A stretch of 22,849 nucleotides of DNA. Origin: Candidatus Bathyarchaeota archaeon. Its GTDB lineage: Archaea; Thermoproteota; Bathyarchaeia; Bathyarchaeales; Bathycorpusculaceae. Positions 1 through 8,991 of the stretch are shown here, one piece after another; within the stretch, counting starts at the first letter, position 1, and each line of letters opens with the position of its first letter. The notes beneath the pieces are model-generated. The model was not told the DNA's origin and did not search any database. It saw only the letters and a list, made by a program, of their open reading frames with translations. A program made the position numbers and the translations under genes. The stretch lies in assembly GCA_963777155.1 (NCBI GenBank), contig CAVZPM010000027.1, positions 1-22,849 on the forward strand. Direction: 5' to 3'.

Positions 1-1461
1 TTATCTTGGAATTACTGCTAGGAATGGTTCAGGTGATAGTTCTACTGTTGCGTATACTGCTAGGGCTATGCTCCAGAAGACGTCGTCGTGTGTGCCGTTG
101 GGGTGTGAGTAGCCTATGGTGCCGTCTTTGCGTAGGTCGTAGCGTTCAACGTTTAGTTCAGTGCATATGTCTCCTCGGTAGGGTCGTTCCCAGTTTAGAA
201 GCGGATAGAAAAACTTGCTATTCGACATTCTCTGCTTTAGCAGGCTTGCCATTTCGCTTTTGCGGGGGACGCTAAAGTTTACGCCTTCGGCGTTGTCTAT
301 GCCAGAGTTTTCCATGTCGGCGATTATGCTTGGTCCTTCACGGGTATAGTCGACGCGGATTTTTTCGAAACTGCCAAAGCGATCTTGAACCTGCTTGATA
401 AAACCCAACACATGCGCGTACGTGGTGGGTTGGTTAAAAATCTTCAAAAATCGCAAATAAAGTGTGTCGTTAAGGCTTTCCACTACGCTAAAAACGCAGT
501 AGTCGCGGGTCTGCGCAAGATCTAAGCCTCCGAAAAATTTGCCTTCATAATTGTTTTCGGGGTCAAATGGTTGAAGGTCTACTCCGCAATTCTTTGAGGT
601 GCCAATGCATGAAACGATCAAGCTCTGGGGTAACCAGACGTCTTCGTCTTCTGCCCACTCAGCTTCCATCTCCCGTCGCCACCTAGCTGGGTCATCCCCA
701 AACTGCCGTCTGATGCGTTCAATCATCTTCGGATACAAAGGTCCCAACGGATCCAGAGCTTTCTCCCAACTGAAATGTTGTCTAACAAAATCTGCATAGT
801 CCTTGTGGTTGCACATCTTCCAAAATAGCGAATCTCGATTAAACGGTGTGCTGCTCGCAACTAGCTTGCCGTTTGTGGTGGTCAAGGTGAACAGGATGGC
901 ATCGTAGAGGTCTTCGTCTCCTGCGGTGAAATTTGTTTCGTCCCACCAAAGTCGATGAAATGTGTTGCCTCTGATTGTATCAGAATTGTTTGGAAAGGCT
1001 TCGATGACTGAGCCGTTTTTGAAGCTAATTCTGGTTTTCTGGATATGGCAGCTTCCTTGGGGAAGGTTTCGGCAAAAACCTGCTACCCGCCCAAGATTCA
1101 GCTTGGTTTGGCGCCAACTTGGACCTATGAACCCAATGTTTAGGTCAGGGTTTTCGTAGGCATCCTGCAAAAGCAACCCACCGATTGAAGTGCTTTTACC
1201 CGTCTGTCTTGGCCACCTAACAGCGAGAAACTGATTTTTCTTGTACAATTCTGCAAGCTCAAGCTGATAGGCAAAAGGCTTCAGATGGCAGATTTCGGTA
1301 AAGAATCTTGCTGTGTCACCTTTAACTGCATCTACCTTAGCATGCTTGGACGCCTGGTGGATTCTGTATTCTTCCTGAAGTCCTCGCCATTGAGATTGAA
1401 TCTCGCTGGAATTGAAGGTTCGAGGAAATTTTGCTCTAACTTTGGTTTTTCTCTGAGGCAA
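1..1461 (-). CDS. Terminase large subunit (TerL)-like ATPase/nuclease
   Basis: Intact 486-aa ORF. It has a Q-motif (PFAYQ), Walker A (WPRQTGKST), Walker B (LWWDE), a motif III-like ASST, and C-terminal RNase H-fold acidic motifs (GLDLAQTRD, VDYT, HDDVFWSIALA). The TTG start is uncertain. Confidence 0.9.
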   Translation of the reverse strand: MPQRKTKVRAKFPRTFNSSEIQSQWRGLQEEYRIHQASKHAKVDAVKGDTARFFTEICHLKPFAYQLELAELYKKNQFLAVRWPRQTGKSTSIGGLLLQDAYENPDLNIGFIGPSWRQTKLNLGRVAGFCRNLPQGSCHIQKTRISFKNGSVIEAFPNNSDTIRGNTFHRLWWDETNFTAGDEDLYDAILFTLTTTNGKLVASSTPFNRDSLFWKMCNHKDYADFVRQHFSWEKALDPLGPLYPKMIERIRRQFGDDPARWRREMEAEWAEDEDVWLPQSLIVSCIGTSKNCGVDLQPFDPENNYEGKFFGGLDLAQTRDYCVFSVVESLNDTLYLRFLKIFNQPTTYAHVLGFIKQVQDRFGSFEKIRVDYTREGPSIIADMENSGIDNAEGVNFSVPRKSEMASLLKQRMSNSKFFYPLLNWERPYRGDICTELNVERYDLRKDGTIGYSHPNGTHDDVFWSIALAVYATVELSPEPFLAVIPR

Positions 1462-1947
1462 GCTGTTTTCTTAACTCCAAAACTTCAGATTCCAATGCCC
1501 GATAGTTCACGAAATCGGCAAAGAGCTGCTGGTACACTTTCACACCCTGAATGATGTTATGCAATCGTGAAATCTCAGCTGCACTAAGACCTGGCCGCTC
1601 CAACGCCACCAAAGCAGCATCCAAAACCCTGAGCTTCTCCTCAACACTTGGCAATGGTCCAGTCGTTTTCAATTCGAGGGCAACCTCATTTACTGCTGAC
1701 AGGATCGACAGCAGGAGCTGGATTAATAATTGGAGCCTTAGAAGATAATGATGATAATGATGATACGGCTACTGGAATTTGCGCTTGGGCTGTTATCTTT
1801 CAGAGACAAACCCAAATTGTATAGTTTATTCTTAACTGAGACACGACTTTTACCCATAACTTGTGAAATGTCACTGAAGCCTTTTCCTTCCTCAACAAGC
1901 TGACGCAAATGCCGCTCTTCATCAATCGACCATGGCTTACCCCTCAT
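1436..1947 (-). pseudogene. Frameshifted HTH/Myb-like DNA-binding protein with a coiled-coil C-terminus; candidate terminase small subunit
   Basis: The N-part from ATG 1947 (MRGKPWSIDEERHLRQLVEEGKGFSDISQVMGKSRVSVKNKLYNLGL) and the C-part 1672..1436 (LPSVEEKLRVL...LESEVLELRKQL) are joined by a Ser/Pro-rich linker in the intermediate frame (TAQAQIPVAVSSLSSLSSKAPIINPAPAVDPV). The gene overlaps the TerL start by 26 nt. Confidence 0.6.
1744..1765. repeat. Short 9-bp tandem repeat (gataatgat) encoding the Ser-rich linker
   Basis: The sequence gataatgatgataatgatgata is visible directly and reads SSLSSLS on the minus strand. Confidence 0.6.
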
Positions 1948-2077
1948 CCTATAACCCACGTCTCCGACTGTCCAACTCAAAAGACGGTTTTAAGAATTAT
2001 TGACACCAATTCTGCAACAAAAACGATGAGCAAATACAAAAATACCAGTTACATGAGGGGACACGAATTAACCTGCT

Positions 2078-2302
2078 TCATTGCTTTTGTCCGCATTCAG
2101 GGCAAAAATGCGCTGATGAATCCATCCTTGTACTACATTTAGAGCAGATTTTTAGAACGGTCGGTTGCCGCAGGTTTGTGCCGCAAAAGTTGCAGTAGTT
2201 AGAAATCACGGCTACTTGTGATTTGCATTTTGGGCACGTTAAATACTGGGAAATGGTTGGAACAGGTACCCATATGAAAGCGGAAAGAATGTTTTTCACC
2301 AA
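2078..2302 (-). CDS. Double zinc-ribbon protein
   Basis: Four CxxC pairs: CPKC, CNFC, CSKC, CPEC. The start is uncertain. Confidence 0.75.
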   Translation of the reverse strand: MVKNILSAFIWVPVPTISQYLTCPKCKSQVAVISNYCNFCGTNLRQPTVLKICSKCSTRMDSSAHFCPECGQKQ

Positions 2303-2438
2303 ATAAGTGTTATTTGGCTGTCTTTTTTCTTTTTTGCTTTCTTAAGCAAAGCGATGAATTGTTATTGGGCAAATGCAGTCACATATTGTTATTAGCCCAA
2401 GCTCGACTGTTGTTTTGGTGAATTCTTTGGGAAATGCA

Positions 2439-2702
2439 GTGATCGACAACGAAGAAAACGCTAAACTATGTCTATGTCTTGGTTGTCCAACCTACAAGAA
2501 ATCGAATTTGGCTGGGAATGTTTTTTGTGCTAGAGGAAAAGCCAAAGAAAAAATTGCCGCTAACGGCTGCCTGTGTCCGAATTGTTCAGTGTTTAAGAAT
2601 TACTCACTAGACCAAATGTACTTTTGTTCAAAGGGAAAATCCATTAGACATCAAAGCGCTAAACTCAAGCACCCTCAAATGTCTCTATCAAAGAAAAGTT
2701 AA
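2439..2702 (+). CDS. DUF2769-like small Cys-rich archaeal protein
   Basis: The pattern CxCxxCPTY...FCARGK...GCLCPNCSV...YFCxxG matches this family from memory. The true start is probably near GTG 2439 rather than 2373, and the 3' tail may be frameshifted. Confidence 0.7.
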   Translation: MIDNEENAKLCLCLGCPTYKKSNLAGNVFCARGKAKEKIAANGCLCPNCSVFKNYSLDQMYFCSKGKSIRHQSAKLKHPQMSLSKKS

Positions 2703-2759
2703 GTTAATTTATCAAAAATTATTTATGCAAAGTGAATTGTTAACTGGTTAACAGATAGT

Positions 2760-2987
2760 GTGGGTAAATCAAAGGCTTCGGATTATTTTACTGCGGGAAT
2801 CATTCTTATTGTATTAGCGGCAGTTATCTGGTTACTTGAGTACTTTGTTTTAGATGGAACAATGGACAATGTTATTTTGTTTGTTATTCCGAGTGTTTTT
2901 GGTTTGTTGAGTTTAGCCCATTTTGCTGTAGCTGCCAATAAATGGTATTCTTCTCTAGTTAGCTCTTTAATCGAAAGTTTACATTAG
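2760..2987 (+). CDS. Small two-helix membrane protein, hypothetical
   Basis: 75-aa ORF with two hydrophobic segments and an upstream AT-rich TATA-like stretch near 2718-2727. Confidence 0.55.
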   Translation: MGKSKASDYFTAGIILIVLAAVIWLLEYFVLDGTMDNVILFVIPSVFGLLSLAHFAVAANKWYSSLVSSLIESLH

Positions 2988-3058
2988 AAGATTTTGCCGA
3001 AGAATTGGCCGACCCAAAGGGCAGTTTTTCCCGAGAATTAGGCTGTGGAAGAGATTTG

Positions 3059-5364
3059 TTATTTTATTATTTTGAATATGACGTATCGATCGTTTGAGTA
3101 GATTAACTGAAGGAGTTTGCTGTTGAGCATGTTTGTGTCTAGGTGGTTTCGGTCGTAGACGATGAAGCCGATGTTGTTGTTTTTGATGTAGTCGGTGTAG
3201 TCTCTTGCGAGAAGCGTTAATTCTGTGTTGAGGCTGAACATTCCCTGCAAGGTATCAGGCTGCAATGTTGGATAACTGTTTTTTGACATAGTGAGAACTT
3301 GATATGTCTTTGAATTTGTCTGGTTGACGTTTAGGTCGCCGAGTTGGTACTGAAACCTTACCCCATCGATTTGTCGGCTTTCCAAAACGCCGATGTTTCC
3401 CCAATCGGGCAAATCACTAAACTTGAACGCAAAAGCAATATCGTTTGTGTCGTCGTAGAGCCCAATGTAATTGTCTTTTAGGTTTGTGTTTGTAAAGCTT
3501 GCTACAGCCCAATCGGGTTTATTGTCGGTTTCATGAACGGTTTTTATCGGTGAAGGTGCATCCCACGGGTTTATCCAATCCAGCAACTGTGGGATTTGGG
3601 CTTTGTCAAAGTCGTATTTGAGGTCAAAGAAAGTGCTCAGATAAAGCGAGGCATTGAAGATTTCAGTTCTCAAGGGTGTTAGCGCCCAAGAAATAGTCAT
3701 TGGGTAACTCGTGTTTTCAACTAATACAGGTCTTGGTTAAAGCTACATTGTCGTTTGAGTATATCAGCTCAATCTTCTTTGGCGTACTCTGCTCGTCAAA
3801 GACTATTTGTTTACTTAAATCTGAAAGTTGCAGCTTATAATTAGACCCGTTTACGGAGTAGTCAGATGAAATCGCCAGATTCTGAAGTGTAAGAAATTCT
3901 ATTCCAAACTTGGTCAAAGGATACGTAGGTTTCGTCAGCGATATCCCCTATAGCTTGGTAAGCTCTAATCAACGTTTGAGGCTGCTCAATTTCATATGAT
4001 AGGCTCAGAACCGACTCGGCAGCTCATTTCGCTGACTGTTGGTCGGTTTGGGCTGTTACGTTTTTGCCGGAGAACTCTTGGAACCAGAAGCCCAGGAATC
4101 TCAGTTGCTACAACTGTGCTGTTTCCTGGGTAGTTGGCTCTAAGCCAAACTCCTGCATCGTAGGCTTTTACGTCGGTGGTTGAGTAGTAGACGCTGGCTT
4201 CATTGATTTTCCCGTATACTACGTCAGAACGTTGGACAAGCATCAAAGACAGCAAGATAATCACAGAAACCGTGGCTATCTTTACCCAATTTTTCTTAAA
4301 CATCGCTTTCTTCTTGATGTAGAAAGCTAAAGACTTATCCGCCAAAAAAACAACTGGAACGGCTGCGAAAACCACCATAAACGGGGTAAGATAGTAGATG
4401 AACCAGTTAAACGGCATGTAGAAACCAACAAGATAGGATTCTGCGAAGAAAAACGGAACAAAAACACTCAGCATCAAGGTGAGGAAGAAAATCATCTTCT
4501 TCCGCTTCTTCAAGGTGTAGTATGAGACAAAAATGCCTGCTAAAGCCAAGAAGAATACAAATCCAAAATTAGACCATGAACACGTTAAAGCTGACGTGCA
4601 ATTCTGGTATGCGTAGCTTTTATCTGCGACAAACACGTATTCGATTTACTAGGTCAAGGTCACCGATCATCGCTTGGAATAGTTGAAGGAGGAACGCTAC
4701 TCCTCCACCTAAGATCAGCGCCATCACCACTTCTGGTAAGCCCCTTTTGATTTTATCAGCATGAAAAATCGGTATCCGCGGCATGGTGGAAAAATTGAAA
4801 GAAGGCACAAGCTGATGGGACAAAACAACCCGAAAGCCACAAAAAACATTTCTCCCAGGATGCCCCAAATCGCTCCACCACTTCCACGAATGTCAAAGAA
4901 GCCCAAGACCATGAACACCAAAAGCCAAAACCATTCATTGTATCGCCGGACTCAATTGATTTCATCCATCAGGAACCCACAACAACAAGAAGGATGACAG
5001 CAGCAACCCCCCAGACTTTGCTTGGAAAGAATTTTCTATCAGCAAGCAGATAGACAAGAAACATCGACCCAATCGATTGTTGGCACTCCTAAAGCCTTAA
5101 CCAAAAGAATGAACTGACCAATGTTACATGCCTATCCGAAAGAAATCAACATGCTAGCACAATCTACGATGAGCGGTCGCATTCCAACCCTAGATTTACA
5201 GACAAATTTTGCAGTATTTAAAAAATGTGCGGCTTCTTCCAATGAACGGCTGGGTCATTTCCTGAAGCCCACGCCATTCATTGATTTTGATGCAGAAGAT
5301 GGCAAAGATAAGCACTGATACAAATAGCTGTGGATGCTTCTTCAATTTTCTTCTCTTTGTTCAT
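3059..5364 (-). pseudogene. Multi-pass membrane protein, GT-C-fold glycosyltransferase-like (paralog 2), with many frameshifts
   Basis: The fragments 3059..3700, 3717..3917, 3992..4636 and 4620..4965 are collinear pieces of one gene. A GNDPAVH (DxxxH) motif is readable at about 5242-5262 after a first TM segment. Further TM segments lead to a WLRANYPGNSTVVATE motif and a soluble C-terminus ending YIKNNNIGFIVYDRN...LIYSNDRYVIFKI. Confidence 0.6.
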
Positions 5365-5429
5365 CGTATTTATCCAAGGCGAAAGGCTCGCCCGTCTTGA
5401 TGGAGAATTTCTTACCCTTTTATTGACTT

Positions 5430-7072
5430 GAGGATGCGCGACTTCGCTGCCAACTTGACCGTTTCTTATGGAAATGATCGTTTGGTCGTTGTCAAAGTTG
5501 AAGAATGCATAGGGAAAAATAGTTCTTTATGTGTGCCAGGAACTCTGGGTTGTGTCTTGCGTGTATTCCCCGTCTTCTCGGACCTGGAAGTATCCATTGT
5601 CTATCAGGTAATCGGTGTCAAGTAGATAGCTGGCGTTCTTTGCTGGCGCCAATTCCCGAGCGCTAGTCAAGTACTGTGGATCCACCGCACTCAAGGTCTG
5701 CCGCTGGGCAAACCCGCTAAACCACCAGCCGTAGAGGGCATCAGAAACAAACACAGCGTTGGTAGGTGTGTTATTCTTAGTCCATTGAATTGTTTCCCAA
5801 CCTGGATTGTTCATAACTTGATAGTAGCTTTGTATCGTTTGTGCAACGCCCTGTGAGGGAGTCATAAAAATGGGAAGCGCCACGAAAGCACACAACAGGA
5901 AAAACAGGAGAACGCCGCCATAGATAGTCTTGTTAGTTAGGTGACTTGAAAGCCAAACCACTCTTTCGTTGATGGTCCTTTTTCGTTTTCTGGGTTTGGT
6001 TTATAAATGAACGATAGGTTTTGGCTATGTCGGCAAAGAACTCGGTCAGGTGAGTTTATGACACAAGCCCAATCATTGTTGAATAGTGATGAAAGTGTAT
6101 ATTTATTGTAATCTATTATGAATCCAAATAGGTAGCCCTGCGTTAAGAATAGGGGAACAAAAAGCCACATTGAGAGAAGCAGAGTTGGTAGGGTAAAGAA
6201 TCGTCCACTGTACCTTTTGGAGAACAAGGCAAAGGCTAAGATTATCAGAAACAGTGGCAAAACCCACTCCAAAGGAAGTATCCTTGTTGAAAGTATCGCT
6301 GAATTTATGTCGCCCACTCCCTGAACGCCCGGCGCTGAAGAGTTTCCATGTAGGTAAGTTGGTACAGCGTTAACGAGGAAGGGAGAAACAAGGACTGCTC
6401 CTGCAACTAAAGGCATTAGCCAGTTGATGCCTGTTTTTCTGGGGGCGCCAAAAGTTTTGGGAGCAACTAATACTAGGAGAACAGTAAGCAGTCATCAACA
6501 CCGACAAAAATGGCGGCGCTCAACGAATGCGTGAGAAATATCGATCCTGCTAAAATTGAGGTTGAGACCAGGAAAGGAGAGAGTGAAAATCGGTCTTTTT
6601 GCAGGTACAGATAGAACGTTATGGGGATAAGAGAGTGATGACGTTTGGGTAACCACCCCACATCAGCATTTCTATGTCAAAGCGTGAAATTGCAGCTAAG
6701 AAAGCAACAATTAAGGCGGCAGAGTCATTCCAAACGTTCGTGTTATCAGAAAAGCGCACACCACGATCAGTGACGAAAAGAGGGAAACGATGGCGCCTGT
6801 GCAATGTATTCCGGCAATCCAGTTATCAGAATTATGTATGATGCAAATATGTGGTATCCCGGGAAAGTAACGTATGCCGCCGCCCATCTGATAGACGTTG
6901 TATAGAAAGTTTGTGTTCCCCGAACCAGTTATTGAGTGGATTATGCTGTTGTGAAGACCAATGTCGGCACCAGAGGGAAAGGTTTCGCGCATAGCATCAG
7001 AGCAACTCGGTAGATGAAGGAGAAGGCAAGAAGTAACAGCAATAAGAGGTACGTTCTGTTTGCTTTGAGCAT
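5430..7072 (-). pseudogene. Multi-pass membrane protein, GT-C-fold glycosyltransferase-like (paralog 1), frameshifted and apparently 3'-truncated
   Basis: Starts at ATG 7072 (MLKANRTYLLLLLLAFSFIYRVALML), then PSGADIGLH (DxxxH), MLMWGGYPN, TM blocks and WTKNNTPTNAVFVSDALYGWWFSGF. The pieces lie in different frames and the coding signal is lost near 5430. Confidence 0.65.
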
Positions 7073-7112
7073 TTACTTTCCCGCTTGTCTGCTTCTTTGC
7101 AATTGTTGGTCA

Positions 7113-7175
7113 AAGTTTAAATATGGATTTCGAGTATAAAAAGCCCGAGAGTATCTAAAAGGAAAAAAAAGGTGT
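7113..7175. promoter_or_regulatory. Divergent archaeal promoter region
   Basis: TATA-like tttaaata (7116-7123) could serve the minus-strand gene at 7072 and tataaaaa (7135-7142) the plus-strand gene at 7180. An aggtg SD-like site lies at about 7170-7174. Confidence 0.45.
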
Positions 7176-7179
7176 TTAA

Positions 7180-7603
7180 ATGTCTTGGCTTAAATCTATG
7201 ATGGAAAAGGAACCACCAGAACCAACCAATCCAATCGGCATAGTCGTTATCGGCAACATTGAACCCGACATGCACGACACCGCCAAAGAAGCAGTCGGAC
7301 GCTCACTAAAACGCGCAGGCTTCAAAATGATCGACGTCGGAAAAAGCGTTGCACCACACGTATTCGTTGAGAAAGTAAAAGAAAGTAATGCCACCTTGCT
7401 GGCAGTTTCAGTTAATACAGTTCCAGCAAAGAACAACCTTGCAAAACTCGATGAATTCTTAAGGCAGCCGGTTTGAATGTCAAAGTCGGATTATCATGGG
7501 CGGCGCAGCAGTGAAGAAAGAAGACGCTGAGGCAATAGGCGCACTCTTTGGCAAGAACAAAGAAGAAGCTCCAGAGCTTGCAAAGAAAGCATTGAAGAAA
7601 TAA
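7180..7603 (+). CDS. Stand-alone cobalamin-binding (corrinoid) protein with two apparent frameshifts
   Basis: VVIGNIEPDMHDTAK is a variant of the DxHxxG motif, followed by GFKMIDVG and LLAVS. After frameshifts at about 7460 and 7492 the sequence reads IMGGAAVKKEDAEAIGALFGKNKEEAPELAKKALKK to stop TAA 7601-7603. Confidence 0.8.
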
Positions 7604-7625
7604 TCAAGTCAGAAGTGGAATTTTA

Positions 7626-8534
7626 ATGTCCTTTAAATTCAACACGAACAAAATGTATACGACATTGCAAAGGTGAAAGTAGGCGGTCAACCGGGCGAAT
7701 TGCCTACTTTCTTCATCGGCTCAATCTTTTGGCTAGGCCAAAAAATGGTTTCGGATGCAAACAAAGGAATTTTTGACGCTAAAGCAGCGGAACAAATCAT
7801 TAACACGATGCAAACTCAAAGTGACATGACCGGGTCCCGTTTGGTTTTGACATCGTTGGAACAACTGAAGCTGCATTCGAAAAATACATAGACTTCGTTC
7901 CAAACACAGCGATGCACCACTTATGCTCGATGCAATGAGTCCAAAGACCCGTATGGGCGCAGCAACTATGGCAAAAAAGATGGGTCTTTCAGACCGATGC
8001 TTCTACAACTCTGTTTACAAAGGCGTAACCGACGCTGAGCTTGTAAACCTCAAAGACAGTGGCATCAAAATGTCCATTGTGCTTGCTGACGATCCTAAAG
8101 ACACCACCCTGGAAGGCAAAATGAAGGTTATCGTTGAAGCGCTCGCGTTAGCAGACAAAGGCGGCATCACAAAGCCACTAATCGACACAGCTATCCCGGC
8201 CTTTGCACCAGACATGGGCACTGCCGTCAGAACTATACCAATAATGAAAGAGAAGTATGGTCACCCTGTAGGCTTAGGCAGCGGCAACGTTGTCACAACC
8301 ATGGGTTGGGTCAAAGCAAACGTTGCTAAAGAATTCCGCCCAGGATGCAGAACCGCAACCAACGCAATCATGCAAGTGGCAGGCGCAAACTGGCTCATGA
8401 TTGGACCGGCAGAACAAGCAGAATGGGTCTTCCCAGCAGTCGCAGTCACAGACACATACATCGCTTCCGCAGCAGGCGACCTTGGAACAAGACCTCTAGA
8501 AGAGTCTCATCCAATCTACAAGATGTTCATGTAA
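7626..8534 (+). CDS. mtrH: MtrH/MtxH-family methylcorrinoid:tetrahydromethanopterin (or folate) methyltransferase, frameshifted
   Basis: Starts at ATG 7626 (MSFKFNT), then VKVGGQPGELPTFFIGSIFW...GIFD, PLMLDA, FYNS, KPLIDTA, KEKYGHPVGLGSGN, GANWLMIGP and HPIYKMF, all typical of MtrH. Frameshifts lie near 7647, 7835 and 7900. Confidence 0.85.
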
Positions 8535-8565
8535 ACTTTCTTCCCTTTATTTTTTATTTTTTTAA
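8535..8565 (+). terminator. Oligo-T archaeal terminator after mtrH
   Basis: The T-rich tract actttcttccctttattttttattttttt follows the stop codon directly. Confidence 0.5.
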
Positions 8566-8569
8566 AGTT

Positions 8570-8991
8570 TTGAAGGCAAAAACCTGAAACCACTAAAATG
8601 GTTTGAAGTTATCGTCGTATTTACAGTTCTAACGTTAATAGTGACCTATTTTATCCCCAACAATTCAGAACTCGCCTTTATGATTCCAAGGTATTTCTTC
8701 GCTTTTGTCTTCGTTGCTTTCCTCCCTGGATACTGCCTTGTTAACTTGTTGTTCATAGGCAAAAACAGGCTTGATTTTGTCGAAGAAATTGTCCTGTCTG
8801 TTGCGCTAAGTTTCGGTTTAGATGGACTTGACGGCTTATTCTTAGGTCTATCCCCTATAGGAATCAATTTTACCTCAATAACAGCTTCGCTAAGCTTGTT
8901 AGTAATGGTCTTTGCAGTTGTTGGGTTCTTAAGAAAAAGAAGTGTGCTACCAGTACTTGAGGTGGAGAGCCCTCAGCAGGTAAGCACCTGA
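8570..8991 (+). CDS. DUF1616-like membrane protein
   Basis: Contains RYFFAFVFVAFLPGYCLVNLLF...LDFVEEIVLSVALS...GLFLGLSPIGI. The frame is open upstream of GTG 8641 (NLKPLKWFEVIVVF), so the real start is probably TTG 8570 with one base lost in an A-run. Confidence 0.7.

Noticed and set aside
6-1748. Plus-strand ORFs opposite TerL and the HTH gene
   Set aside because: They are antisense shadows of motif-bearing genes and have no recognisable features.
1909-2142. 77-aa plus-strand ORF
   Set aside because: It overlaps two better-supported minus-strand genes and has no motif.
4761-5625. Plus-strand ORFs at 4761, 5121 and 5428
   Set aside because: They lie antisense to the fragmented membrane-protein genes in a low-quality stretch.
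7180-8534. Selenocysteine or pyrrolysine read-through as the cause of the broken methyltransferase genes
   Set aside because: The breaks are frame changes, not in-frame TGA or TAG codons.
7626-8534. Evidence for methanogenesis via the Mtr complex
   Set aside because: Only an MtrH homolog is present and there are no mtrA-G or mcr genes in the window.
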